Below are positions 41,721 through 51,454 of a stretch of DNA of 51,454 bases, in pieces. A program made the position numbers and the translations under genes. This DNA comes from a virus (taxonomy: Duplodnaviria > Caudoviricetes), in the IMG/VR virus record IMGVR_UViG_3300034788_000438, positions 1-51,454 of that record. One strand, written 5' to 3'. The notes under the pieces were generated by a model. The model did no database searches, was not told the DNA's origin, and worked only from the letters and a program-made list of their open reading frames with translations. How positions within the stretch are numbered: position 1 is the stretch's first letter; the number at the start of each line of letters is the position of its first letter.

Positions 41721-43786
41721 TGGTTGATATTCGCACACCAAGGATTACGCCCAGCGCACGAGCGGCGGGGCGCGTTTCCTCCGCAGGATCGCAGGCCACC
41801 AAGAACCTAGCCAACGCGGCGGCTGGCGCGGCTGACACGTTCACGGAGTTTTACGAAAAGGAAGCTGCCATCCAGGGCGACCTGCTCCTTGCTGAAGTGC
41901 AGGAGGAGTGGAACCGAACATACAATGATCGCGCCAAGCAGGCAGGTGCAGGGTTTGCAAAGAGCATTCTTGGCGACTTTGATAAGTTTCGTCAGGAAAA
42001 GATTGCGGCATATCAGGCAGAGGCTGCAGAGCGTGGTCAAGCCAATGTGCCCAAGCGCGCAGAGCAAGAGGTTAATGCTGCGCTCGACAAGTACCGCATG
42101 CGGCTTGAGACAAAATCTATAGCGCGCGAGGCGGCAGCACGGGCAGCAGCAAAGAGAGCAGCAGCATCTAAAGCGCGACGTCTAAAGCTGAACGCGCTTA
42201 TCTCTGACCCCTCTATGCTTCCTGAGTACCTAGAGGGCGCAAAGACTGCAGGCGAGCGCAACGACTACATCACCACGGCCATGGGGATGGTCGTGCGCGA
42301 TGATCCGCAGCGGGTGCTTGATGAGGTCATGTCTGGGAAGTGGGACGCGGATATTTCACCCTCTCAGAAAAAGAGTTTTATCAAGCTGGCAGATAGCGGC
42401 ATTGCACGGATTGAGCGTGAGAATGAGGCTATTGCCAAGAACATGCAGAACGCCTTTGAGGGGGAATTAGAGGAAGAGCTTGCGTTTGCTCAGGCTAATG
42501 GCGCTCTACCAGTTGATAGTTCTTTTGACGAGGAGCGGATTGACGATCTCTACAGCATGAACCCAGAGCGCGGCGCAGAAGTTAAGGCACGGTTTAAGGA
42601 AGGGGTAGAGTTTGCAGAAACTATGCACACTGTTTCTACGGCTACGCCTGAGCAGCTTGAAATGGAGGCAATCAAGCTTCAGGAAAAGGTTGCAACTCCG
42701 GGCAACACCAAGACGGATGTAAAGCGGCAGCAGCAATTTGTTTCGGCAGTTCAAGAGCGCAACACTGCCATTCAGAATGATGCCGCCTCTTATGTAGGGG
42801 GCAATGTTGATGTTGTTGGTGAGATGTTTGGAATTGTAGAGAGTGCTCCACCAGAAACGCAGGCGCTAGCAGCGCGAAACTACGCGCGCAATCTTGAGTT
42901 CCAATACGATCGGCTTGGTGTTCCTGATGAGTTTCGGAACGTCTTGCCGAATGATGCGGCGGCAAACACTGTTGCGCAGTTTAATGAGATGGGGTCAGAC
43001 GTGGCTGCGCAGGCGCTATCGGATTACGTCAACACATGGGGTGATGCCGCGCCGCGCGTGATCGAGCAACTAGATAAGGCTGGCTTGGCGAAAGAATACA
43101 CAGTTGCAATGCGTCACACGGACAACCCTGGCCTTTCGCAGGCGCTGGTCAATTTGGCTGCGGTAGACACAACCGAGCTAACGCAGGGCTTGCCCACAGC
43201 CATGGTCACAGATACGCGCAACGAACTTGCGGAAACGATGGTTGAATATCGTCAGGCGTTTGAGTTTGCCGGTGGCGGTGGCGCGCAGGAAACCATGAAC
43301 AAGCACTATGAGGTTTCGGAGAAGTTTGCGCTTGATCTGGTGCGTCGTGGGGTTGACCCAAGTGATGCGGTTGAGCGCGCGACGACGCAAATGTTCCCTG
43401 AAACCGTGGTGCAGGAAAATAACGGACAATACATCTTGCCTGTGGGGCTAGATGAGAGCGCTGTGCGTAACGGTGCCGATGAGCTTATGGATCGTGAAGT
43501 TTTGACCGGCGCAATCGCAGCCGTGAATGACCCGCGCTTCCCTGACTTTGCTGATATGGATGTGACGCTTTCTTCAGCCTCCCGTGCGGGTATCTGGGTA
43601 AATAACAGCACCGGTGACGGGCTGCAGTTGATGCTTTCCTTGAACGGCTACCTTCTGCCAGTGCAAACGCCAGAGGGCGAGCCTTACGGGTTTACCTTCA
43701 GCGAATTGACTGCGGCAGGCAGCGGCACAAACACGGTCATTGATCAGAACTTTGACCTGCCTGGGCCATTTGGGAGGAGCCAATGA
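41720..43786 (+). CDS. ejection protein, gp15-like, cassette B
   Basis: 688 aa, helical; no SLT motif seen. Confidence 0.7.
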   Translation: MVDIRTPRITPSARAAGRVSSAGSQATKNLANAAAGAADTFTEFYEKEAAIQGDLLLAEVQEEWNRTYNDRAKQAGAGFAKSILGDFDKFRQEKIAAYQAEAAERGQANVPKRAEQEVNAALDKYRMRLETKSIAREAAARAAAKRAAASKARRLKLNALISDPSMLPEYLEGAKTAGERNDYITTAMGMVVRDDPQRVLDEVMSGKWDADISPSQKKSFIKLADSGIARIERENEAIAKNMQNAFEGELEEELAFAQANGALPVDSSFDEERIDDLYSMNPERGAEVKARFKEGVEFAETMHTVSTATPEQLEMEAIKLQEKVATPGNTKTDVKRQQQFVSAVQERNTAIQNDAASYVGGNVDVVGEMFGIVESAPPETQALAARNYARNLEFQYDRLGVPDEFRNVLPNDAAANTVAQFNEMGSDVAAQALSDYVNTWGDAAPRVIEQLDKAGLAKEYTVAMRHTDNPGLSQALVNLAAVDTTELTQGLPTAMVTDTRNELAETMVEYRQAFEFAGGGGAQETMNKHYEVSEKFALDLVRRGVDPSDAVERATTQMFPETVVQENNGQYILPVGLDESAVRNGADELMDREVLTGAIAAVNDPRFPDFADMDVTLSSASRAGIWVNNSTGDGLQLMLSLNGYLLPVQTPEGEPYGFTFSELTAAGSGTNTVIDQNFDLPGPFGRSQ

Positions 43787-45561
43787 CAACCATGCTCACC
43801 CGTGACGTGATTGACAACCGCATTTTGCGCGAGACCGGCCAACTTGACACCACGCTGGGCGCGGGCATGCGGGCTACATTTGAAATGCCAACGCTCACAG
43901 AATTGGTGGGGGAGCAGTTCGATGGTTTCAATGCCTTCTCCGGACTGACGCCAGAAGAGCGCATTGCGGCACAGACAGCGGAGGCGCAGCGTAAGCAGGA
44001 CATTGTTTCTCTGCAGGATGATTTACTTTCAGAGACTGATGCAGCCCGCAAGGAAGAAATTGTTTCCCGTCTTGAGGAATTGCAACGCGGCCCGCAAGAC
44101 ACAATGGATACGCTCTCTCAGCAAGCCGTTGCAGATGGTCGCATGCGCTCACAGGAGGATCTGCAGCAGCAATATGGCGACTTGGGGTTAACGTTTGATC
44201 GCGCCATGACCGATGAGGAGGCCAATCACATCGCGGCCCGTAAGCGTGAGGAAATCACGCGTCAGGCAATAATTGAGGCTGGCCCCAAAGGTGTACTTCC
44301 AGGCGCGGCACGTTTCGGTGCTGGACTTGCAGCAATGGCAGTTGACCCACTAGAGATTGCCACGGCGTTTATTCCTGTTGTGGGTCCAGCAGGCCGCGCG
44401 GCAGCAGTTGGGCGCTTTGGTCGTGTGGGAGGTCGCGCTGCAGTTGGCGTGACTGAGGGCTTTGTAGGCAACCTGATCACTGAGCCGCTTTATTACGGCC
44501 TGTCTCGCTCACAGCAGCTTGACTATGACATGAACGATGCGCTGATGAATGTTGGCCTTGGGGCAGTGTTTGGTGGTGCGCTGGGCGCTGGCGCTGGGGT
44601 GCTGTCACGATCTGTCATAGACGTGCCAGTTGACACGCAAGCCCGCAGGCTTGATGCGAGCCTTGAGCGCGAGAGTGCAGAGATTGCCTTGCGGCAGTTC
44701 GCAACGGATCAGAGCGTAAACATCTCTCGCTTCCTGGACGGCACAGATCTTCGCAGTACAACGAGTCTTTCCCGCGTGGGGGGCATTGAGTTTCAAGCAG
44801 ACTTGGTGACGGAAATCCCGGTAGGTAATGCCGCGATTGATTTGCGGCCAACTGTTATTGCGCAAAGCCCTGATGGGACGGCTAAGGTATTCACGACTGT
44901 TGGCAAAGCTGATGTGTTTGCGGAAAAGGTTGACGGCTCAGTTATCCAGCACGGTGACGGATTTGCAGTGCGACGGCCTATCAGCGGAGGCATCGTGCGT
45001 GACCCATATGGGAAGCCGACCACATTCAAGACGGAGCGAGCGGCGCAAAAGTTTATTGATCGCGCCCGCGAAATTCCCGACGCCGCCAAACCGGTTCGCA
45101 TCAATGTAAATGGCAAGCCCACTTATGCGGTTGCCCGCGACATGTCGGAAGCTGACCGCGTGGCACTTGAGCGTGGCGCGGAGACAGCAGAAATTCCAGA
45201 CGGCGTGAACACGCGCGAGGTTGCGGAATTGCCAGACGCTGCGGCGCGGATGGATGAGGCGGTGCGCAAGGTGTTTGCAGAAACTCAAGCGGCCAAACAG
45301 TACGCGGCGGAAGCAACCAGCATTGAGGCTGACCCGCTTGTTAACGTTGAAGCTAGCCAGCGCGCGGATATTCCAGCGCCTGAAACATTTGCGCAAGATA
45401 CGCTTGACGATATGGAAGCTATCGTGCGCGACCTAGAGAAAGCTGATACCTTGACCCCAGCAGCCAAGGCCGAATTGGCCGAGGTCAAGGATATTGAAAT
45501 CAAAGCGCGGTCTTACCGTGCAGCAAGCGAGGCGGCGACAACCTGCCTCTTGGGGGCGTAA
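43783..45561 (+). CDS. ejection protein, N-terminal half of split gp16-like
   Basis: 592 aa; Gly/Ala hydrophobic block similar to the N-terminal part of 3468..6575; single Cys near the C-terminus. Confidence 0.7.
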   Translation: MTTMLTRDVIDNRILRETGQLDTTLGAGMRATFEMPTLTELVGEQFDGFNAFSGLTPEERIAAQTAEAQRKQDIVSLQDDLLSETDAARKEEIVSRLEELQRGPQDTMDTLSQQAVADGRMRSQEDLQQQYGDLGLTFDRAMTDEEANHIAARKREEITRQAIIEAGPKGVLPGAARFGAGLAAMAVDPLEIATAFIPVVGPAGRAAAVGRFGRVGGRAAVGVTEGFVGNLITEPLYYGLSRSQQLDYDMNDALMNVGLGAVFGGALGAGAGVLSRSVIDVPVDTQARRLDASLERESAEIALRQFATDQSVNISRFLDGTDLRSTTSLSRVGGIEFQADLVTEIPVGNAAIDLRPTVIAQSPDGTAKVFTTVGKADVFAEKVDGSVIQHGDGFAVRRPISGGIVRDPYGKPTTFKTERAAQKFIDRAREIPDAAKPVRINVNGKPTYAVARDMSEADRVALERGAETAEIPDGVNTREVAELPDAAARMDEAVRKVFAETQAAKQYAAEATSIEADPLVNVEASQRADIPAPETFAQDTLDDMEAIVRDLEKADTLTPAAKAELAEVKDIEIKARSYRAASEAATTCLLGA

Positions 45562-48084
45562 ATGGCTGATTGCTTTGCCAAGGTTAAGGATGCGTTTGGA
45601 GAGCGCCTGTCTGACGAAGAAATTCAGGGCATGATTGACGAGCTTCAAGATGTGCAGAAGTCACGCGCGGTTAATGAGGGGCTACAAAGCGTTGAGGCTG
45701 CGATAATGGATCGCGGCAAGGTCATTGCGGAAGAGGCCGAGATTGCCGCGATGATCGAAAAGCGCAACCGATACAAGAACATTCTTGTGGAGCAAAACCT
45801 GTTAAAAATGATAGGTGACGCGGACGCTTTGACGGGGAACCCGGCGCTGGGCCTTGAGGCTGCGCTTGTGGGTGTGAATGCTCCGTTTGATGGTGCGCTG
45901 CGGTCTGTGGACAGCCTGACTAACGGGCTGATGAATGAATACGCTGGCGGCATGATTGCGGACCTTCGCCGCGCCAATCTGCTTTCTCAGTTTAACAACA
46001 TGAAGGGTGATTTTGAACGCGAGGTTGCCAACGTCATTCAGGCGCTGAATACACCAGACGGACAAATGCCAAAGGTCTCGCGTGAGGCGCAGGAAATCGG
46101 CAGAGCAATGCACAAGTACCAGCGGGCCTCAGTTGAGCGCATGAATCAGGAGGGCGGCTATGTGCGCCGCAAGTCTGGATATGTTGTGCGTCAATCTCAC
46201 AAGCCAGAGCGCATGGCCAAAGCTGGACCGGATGTGTGGAAGCAAACCATTCGCCCGCTTCTTGATTTCGAAAAAATGGGCATCCCTGCGGATAAGATTG
46301 ATGCGTTTCTTGACAGTGCGTATTTGGCAATCGAAAGCGGTGTACGTCTCAACCGTGAAATCAACGACATTGAGCGTGCGTTTAAGGGGGCCGGCAACAT
46401 CGCCAAGAAAGACGCGGCGTCACGAGTGCTTGAGTTTAAGAATGCTGATGCGTGGCTTGAGTATGACAAGCAGTTCGGCAGCGGTTCTTTGCGTGAGGGA
46501 TTTTTGCAGGACTTGACGCGGGCCAGCCGCAACACGGCGCTGATGATGAACCTCGGCACCAACCCGCGTGCGATGGTTGAACGGGTTGCGGCGCAGGCGG
46601 CGGAGACGTTTCGTGCCGACAAGGACAAGCGTGACGCTTTCGTGAATGTCGATGCGCAAAGTGGGCGCTTTTCCAACATGCTGGATGAGGTGACGGGAGA
46701 TATTAACCTGACCTCAAACCACACCGTGGCTAACGTCATGTCAGGGTATCGCGCATTGCAGACGGTTGCCAAGCTGGGTGGCGCATGGGTTTCTGCGCTT
46801 TCTGACGTTGCCTTTATGGCATCCAATCGCATCTATCAGGGCCGCTCTATGGCGGACGCGTGGAGTGATGCGTTTCGCGCGCCGTTCGAGGGCTTGAGTG
46901 GTGGCGAAAAGCGCATCATGGCGGACTACATGGGCGCGGGGCTTGAGGGGCAGCTAGGAGACTTTATGAGTCGGTTTAATGCGGCGGATAATGTGAGTGG
47001 GAAAACCTCAAAGCTGATGGCGTCTTTTTTCAAGCTGAATCTTCTCGGCCCATGGACTGACGCGAATAAGCGTGGCGTCACAATGGTGATCAGCCGCGAT
47101 TTGGCCATGAACGCCACAAGTTCATTTGACGCCCTCCCTGCGGATATGCAGAGGATGTTGCGCACCTACGGCATGGATGAAAAACAATGGGAAGTGGCTC
47201 GCGCCGCAGTAAAGGATGCGCCAGACGGTCGCCAATATATCATGCCGGGGGACATTAACGGTGTACGCGGCGCGATGTTCACCGGTCTGTCGTCTGCGCA
47301 GCAAGACAAGCTGCGCGACGAGGTGAAAAGCAATCTGTTTGCGCTTCTGGCATCTGAGGCGGATTTTGCCGTGCCATCTTCTGGAGCGCGAGAGAGGGCC
47401 ATCATGCGGCGCGGTTATCGCCCCGGCACGGCGGCGGGTGAGGCCATCCGGTTTGTTGGCCAGTTCAAGAGCTTTGGTATCACAGCTCTGACCAAAGTTA
47501 TGGGCCGTCACGTCTACGGGCATGGAGCCAAGAGCATTTCTGAGCAGTTGTCGCGCGGCATCGGCGCAAACATGGGTATCGTCAACACAATGGTGATGGG
47601 AACCGTGATGGGCTATTTCGTCATGCAGGCCAAAGAGATGATGAAAGGGCGAGAGCCACGGCCAGCGGACGCCAAGGCAGTTGTTGCCGCAATGCTTCAG
47701 GGTGGCGGCTTGGGGATTTATGGTGACTTCCTGTTTGGCGAGGCCAACCGGTTTGGCGGCGGCACGTTGGAGACATTGGCCGGTCCTGGCATTGGCACAG
47801 CGTCGCAGGTGATCGACACACTGCAGCGGGCGCGGACAAAGGCCACGGCGGGAGAGCCGGTGGATATGGGTGGAGACCTTGTGCGGTTGGCAAAAGGCAA
47901 CATCCCGTTCGCCAACCTCTTCTATGTAAAAGGTGCTATGGACTATTTAGTGTGGTATCAATTGCAAGAGGCACTAAATCCCGGATATTTGCGCCGCATG
48001 GAGCGCCGCGTGAAGCGGGAGAACAATCAGAAATATTGGTTGCCGCCGTCAAAAGTGGTAGCATCCGGTGGGGGCTTTAGGTGA
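45562..48084 (+). CDS. ejection protein, C-terminal half of split gp16-like
   Basis: 840 aa; SALSDV, QFKSF, LAGPGIG; single Cys at residue 4. Confidence 0.75.
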   Translation: MADCFAKVKDAFGERLSDEEIQGMIDELQDVQKSRAVNEGLQSVEAAIMDRGKVIAEEAEIAAMIEKRNRYKNILVEQNLLKMIGDADALTGNPALGLEAALVGVNAPFDGALRSVDSLTNGLMNEYAGGMIADLRRANLLSQFNNMKGDFEREVANVIQALNTPDGQMPKVSREAQEIGRAMHKYQRASVERMNQEGGYVRRKSGYVVRQSHKPERMAKAGPDVWKQTIRPLLDFEKMGIPADKIDAFLDSAYLAIESGVRLNREINDIERAFKGAGNIAKKDAASRVLEFKNADAWLEYDKQFGSGSLREGFLQDLTRASRNTALMMNLGTNPRAMVERVAAQAAETFRADKDKRDAFVNVDAQSGRFSNMLDEVTGDINLTSNHTVANVMSGYRALQTVAKLGGAWVSALSDVAFMASNRIYQGRSMADAWSDAFRAPFEGLSGGEKRIMADYMGAGLEGQLGDFMSRFNAADNVSGKTSKLMASFFKLNLLGPWTDANKRGVTMVISRDLAMNATSSFDALPADMQRMLRTYGMDEKQWEVARAAVKDAPDGRQYIMPGDINGVRGAMFTGLSSAQQDKLRDEVKSNLFALLASEADFAVPSSGARERAIMRRGYRPGTAAGEAIRFVGQFKSFGITALTKVMGRHVYGHGAKSISEQLSRGIGANMGIVNTMVMGTVMGYFVMQAKEMMKGREPRPADAKAVVAAMLQGGGLGIYGDFLFGEANRFGGGTLETLAGPGIGTASQVIDTLQRARTKATAGEPVDMGGDLVRLAKGNIPFANLFYVKGAMDYLVWYQLQEALNPGYLRRMERRVKRENNQKYWLPPSKVVASGGGFR

Positions 48085-48095
48085 AGGAATGAACA

Positions 48096-48362
48096 ATGGC
48101 CGACAAGTTTGAAAATTATCGCGCGGAATTGAACAGTCCATACGCCGAGGCGGCGGACATTGCGCCAAGTGACAGCACGGATTTATCGACAACGACCCGC
48201 GCCATTTACATCGGCGGCGGGAGCGGCGTTCTGGTTGCCACTATGAAAAGCGGGGCAACTGTAACCTTTAGTGGACTGGTGACAGGATCAGTTTTGCCAA
48301 TCCGTGCGAGGCGCGTGCTGGCGACAGGAACAACCGCAACCGATTTGGTTGCTCTTTGGTAA
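48096..48362 (+). CDS. spike base protein, RcGTA Rcc01079-like
   Basis: SP...IAPSDSTDL...TRAIYIGGG...LPIRARRVLATGTTATDLVALW. Confidence 0.8.
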   Translation: MADKFENYRAELNSPYAEAADIAPSDSTDLSTTTRAIYIGGGSGVLVATMKSGATVTFSGLVTGSVLPIRARRVLATGTTATDLVALW

Positions 48363-48371
48363 GGTGAAGAA

Positions 48372-51071
48372 ATGACCATTGCAAAAACAGGCTCTTCGGC
48401 ATCGTATGCGGGCGATGGCACAACGGTAAACTTCGCATTCCCATACCGGTTCTTTGATGACACGGACCTTCTGGTGTACCGAGTTGATGCGGACGGAACG
48501 TCACACCTGCAAACGGTGACAACGGACTACACTGTCAGCAACACGGGCACCGAAGGTGGTGGCACTGTGACTATGGTTGTCTCCCCAGCCACCGGAACCA
48601 CACTGTTGATTGAGCGTGAAATTCCCGCCACTCAGGATGTTGATTATCAAAACAATGACGCGTTTCCTGCTGAAACGCATGAAGAGGCGCTTGACCGCTT
48701 AACACTGATTGACCAGCAGATTGCTCGATCTGACGGGCTTCACATCACCTTCCCCACTGGCGATACGGCCAGCCCTGTTTTGCCGATTGTTTCTGATCGA
48801 GCGAATAAACTTTTCGGGTTTGGGACTGATGGCGAAATACAGATGGTTGAGGGGGCCGGAGGTTCCGAAAGTGGCGCTTTATTTGATAGTGTCGATGACC
48901 TGTTGGCAAGCACCTCGGCTTTTGCGCCTGGAAGCATTCTGTTTGCAAAAAAAGAGGGGCAGTCCTTCCAGGTTGCCGCGTCTTCCGCAGTAGATAACCA
49001 CCTTGTCACAGCGGGCGGCGTGAAGCTTTACGACCTGACACCTGCCTCCATTGCCTCCAAGCTTCGCCAGCGCAAATCGTTTGAGCCGTTCGCTGGCTTT
49101 GATGATGGTACTACCGACACGCAGATTTTCCCTGGCTCCCGACTGCCTCCGCAGGGTATGGCATGGGCTGAGGTTTCTGGCGTTGAAAAGGTGTTTGTCT
49201 CCCTACGCGATGACAGCGGGGGCACCACGCCTGAGCGCTATCGGATCACTGAATATAACGTGGGTGATCCTAACAACGTTGCCTTCTCTGGAATCCTGAA
49301 TATCGCGCACTCGCAAGACCTTTCCGCCACAGTGGACGGTGCCAACGTGACCCTCTACGCGCAGGCAGAGGGTTCCGAGCCTGATGTCGGCAAGGGTCTG
49401 TCTGTGATTGATTGGCAGGGCGCGGCGACCACGCAAGCCAATGTCACCGCTTACCAACTATTCGGGGACACCGGATCTGGTCAGCGTTATGAGCGCTACC
49501 GCTCCGCTACAACCGGCGTCTACGGTGACAAGGTTGTTCTTCTGGCAAACGACACGAAGGAAAAAGTAGATGACACGGGTCATTACCTGTTCGTTTACTC
49601 TCTTGAGGAAATTGTTGCGGCTGGCCCTGGTGGGTCTCTGGACGTTGAGCCGAAAATCGGGCCTGTGCCTATTCTTATCGGCCCTGAGAGCGGGCAAGCT
49701 ACGCTTCAAGGCTGTGCACCTGGTGAGAATGACATTGCGGTGCTACGCGGCTTTGTGAACCCATTTCAGCGCAAGCTTGTCCAATTCATCGACTATGAGG
49801 GGAACCTCATTCGGGGCGTTGAATACGCTGGCTCCCTGAATGACTACACGCAAGCGCAGCTTGGCAATGACCCAACTCTTGGCACCTTTATCACGCAGGA
49901 GCCAGAGGGCATTACCCGCGACAACCTTGACCGCGTTCTCATTATCAACCAAGAGGAATGGCGCGCCAACGGTGATGTTGTGTCGTGGGAGGGTCTGAAT
50001 ATGACGCCCCGCCGCAACAACGTGACGGAAGAGCCTGGAAGCCCCGACAATTGGGTCACAACGTCCCTGACGCCTTCCGGCCCATGGGCTCCAGGAACCT
50101 ATAGCTATGGCCCCAACTACACCCGCCGCGCCAAGGTGATCCACATTATCGACAAGCCGCTGGCAAGTGGCGCTGATGACCCCATGGGGAATGCCAAGCA
50201 GTTTGTTGCACCTGTTGCCACAATCAAGCCGGGGGATAATGCGGTTGATGTGAGCATCCCGTATCCACGTGACTATTTGGTCGGCACTGACTTAGGTGCG
50301 CCTGGAAAAATTCGACGCCTTGAGGGCTATTACAACCAGCACAGCCACCGCCTTTTTGATGCGCGTGAAGGGGCGGATAACGATGCATACTCCACCGTTT
50401 CCGTTGATTTTACCGATGGTCGTCAGATCATGGAGCTTCGCGGGGCGTCAAGCCTTGCGCTGGGCGCTGGCCTGAACATATACGGCAAGGATGACCCCGA
50501 CTTCCCTGGGCAATTCCGCGCATGGGGGACAGACACGGCAGGCACCAGTATTGAGGCTATCAACTACAACCCCAACGCTGACCGGTGGGACCGACTGCGC
50601 AAAATTCCTCAGTTTGTTGCGTCTACAGGTGAGCGGAGCGCCCACACTGGCGACACCAACGAAACGACACTGGCAACCGTTGAAATCCCAGGCGGATTGA
50701 TGGGCGGCAACGGACTTCTGCGCATCCGTACCCAGACCGGCCAAACCAACAACGCCAACAACAAGACGTTCAGGATCAAGCTGAACGGCAACGAGATTGT
50801 GGACACCACCGCTTCGGTTACGGGATCGGCTGGCACATCGCGCGTTACGCAGGTGCAAAACCGTGGGGCCGTTGATAGTCAAGTTGTTCAGGGGGCGACC
50901 TCTGCGTCGGACCCAGGCGAGACCACCGTTGCGCCAACCACGCTTGCGGTTGATACCGACGCAAACATGACGCTAACCATCACCGGCCAGCTTACTAACG
51001 CGGCGGATGAAATTGCGCTCGAAAGCTATAGCGTTGAGGCGGTGTATTTCCCTAGCGTTGCTGGCGAATAA
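48372..51071 (+). CDS. tail fibre/RBP: T7 gp17-like N-terminal anchor, central beta-propeller-like domain
   Basis: YAGDGTTVNFAFPYRFF...HEEALDRLTLIDQQ anchor; QG..HSQDL..LQG..EPEG motifs. Confidence 0.8.
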   Translation: MTIAKTGSSASYAGDGTTVNFAFPYRFFDDTDLLVYRVDADGTSHLQTVTTDYTVSNTGTEGGGTVTMVVSPATGTTLLIEREIPATQDVDYQNNDAFPAETHEEALDRLTLIDQQIARSDGLHITFPTGDTASPVLPIVSDRANKLFGFGTDGEIQMVEGAGGSESGALFDSVDDLLASTSAFAPGSILFAKKEGQSFQVAASSAVDNHLVTAGGVKLYDLTPASIASKLRQRKSFEPFAGFDDGTTDTQIFPGSRLPPQGMAWAEVSGVEKVFVSLRDDSGGTTPERYRITEYNVGDPNNVAFSGILNIAHSQDLSATVDGANVTLYAQAEGSEPDVGKGLSVIDWQGAATTQANVTAYQLFGDTGSGQRYERYRSATTGVYGDKVVLLANDTKEKVDDTGHYLFVYSLEEIVAAGPGGSLDVEPKIGPVPILIGPESGQATLQGCAPGENDIAVLRGFVNPFQRKLVQFIDYEGNLIRGVEYAGSLNDYTQAQLGNDPTLGTFITQEPEGITRDNLDRVLIINQEEWRANGDVVSWEGLNMTPRRNNVTEEPGSPDNWVTTSLTPSGPWAPGTYSYGPNYTRRAKVIHIIDKPLASGADDPMGNAKQFVAPVATIKPGDNAVDVSIPYPRDYLVGTDLGAPGKIRRLEGYYNQHSHRLFDAREGADNDAYSTVSVDFTDGRQIMELRGASSLALGAGLNIYGKDDPDFPGQFRAWGTDTAGTSIEAINYNPNADRWDRLRKIPQFVASTGERSAHTGDTNETTLATVEIPGGLMGGNGLLRIRTQTGQTNNANNKTFRIKLNGNEIVDTTASVTGSAGTSRVTQVQNRGAVDSQVVQGATSASDPGETTVAPTTLAVDTDANMTLTITGQLTNAADEIALESYSVEAVYFPSVAGE

Positions 51072-51081
51072 GGAATTCGAC

Positions 51082-51282
51082 ATGGACGGCACAGGCGGCG
51101 TGGTTTGCTCATCCTGTAACTTCATCTGTAACGAGACGGAGGCGGGTTCTGCCATCTTCCGCCCGCGCAGAAATGGTCCATTATGCCGATGCAACCGCAA
51201 CAACCTTCTACTCCACCCCAATGGGGGTGGCTCAAACTTCGTGCCCGTTCTTTCCACTGGATCAGGATGGGTCATTGCTTAA
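51082..51282 (+). CDS. possible small Cys-containing protein
   Basis: AAGGA RBS; 66 aa; no recognised family. Confidence 0.3.
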   Translation: MDGTGGVVCSSCNFICNETEAGSAIFRPRRNGPLCRCNRNNLLLHPNGGGSNFVPVLSTGSGWVIA

Positions 51283-51294
51283 GCTGGGCGTGAA

Positions 51295-51454
51295 ATGATT
51301 AAGAGCATACTAAAAACTTTGACCACGCCTAGCAGTTATGATGGGGACTGGTTTGCATACGCTAAAAGCCAAATTTCACATACAAGCATCGGCGTCTTTC
51401 TTGTGGCTTTGATTAGCTATGGTGCCTTTATGGTTGACGGCGAAATCCCCTACA
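51295..51454 (+). CDS. 5' part of a second allele of the 11570 membrane protein gene (truncated by the window end)
   Basis: MIKSILKTLTTPSSYDGDWF versus MIRQILKTLTTPSSYDGDWF. Confidence 0.85.
   Translation, partial: MIKSILKTLTTPSSYDGDWFAYAKSQISHTSIGVFLVALISYGAFMVDGEIPY
51328..51454 (+). repeat. 127-bp exact repeat, copy 2
   Basis: Identical to 11603..11729. Confidence 0.95.

Noticed and set aside
48372-51454. Diversity-generating retroelement, as in BPP-1-like podoviruses
   Set aside because: No reverse transcriptase and no TR/VR pair with adenine-specific mismatches; the only long repeat is the 127-bp terminal overlap.
51328-51454. Biological direct terminal repeat
   Set aside because: The partner copy is internal (11603), lies mid-gene, and its length equals a standard assembler k-mer.

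Overview
This window is dsDNA podovirus sequence with T7/BPP-1-type portal, adaptor, nozzle and ejection proteins. I recognise no phage DNA or RNA polymerase, integrase or cI-type repressor. The host is probably Rhodobacteraceae/Alphaproteobacteria, based on a GapR-like gene, an RcGTA Rcc01079-like spike base and RegA-like boxes. The last 127 bp (51328-51454) are identical to 11603-11729, so 11603-51327 (39,725 bp) reads as one complete circularly permuted genome: lysis, leftward recombination arm, rightward replication/middle arm, packaging, head, tail, ejectosome B and fibre. Bases 1-11517 are a second, divergent ejectosome plus fibre cassette (A), most likely from a related phage joined by the assembler. 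The main unexplained signals are: (1) two divergent copies of a module made of a predicted Sm/LSm-like (DUF6948-like) gene, a coupled dipeptide-repeat peptide (Ser-Arg/Trp or Gly-X) and a structured RNA-like region with SD or anti-SD sequence; (2) a promoter- and terminator-bounded ~85-nt sRNA whose CUCUCCU loop is complementary to the AGGAGAG RBS of ten early/middle genes; (3) a recurrent 17-bp RegA/PrrA-like box next to -35 elements; (4) a split gp16-like ejection protein whose only two cysteines flank the split; (5) a hairpin-rich non-coding block before a minimal replication module. All family calls come from reading motifs by eye. No database searches were run.
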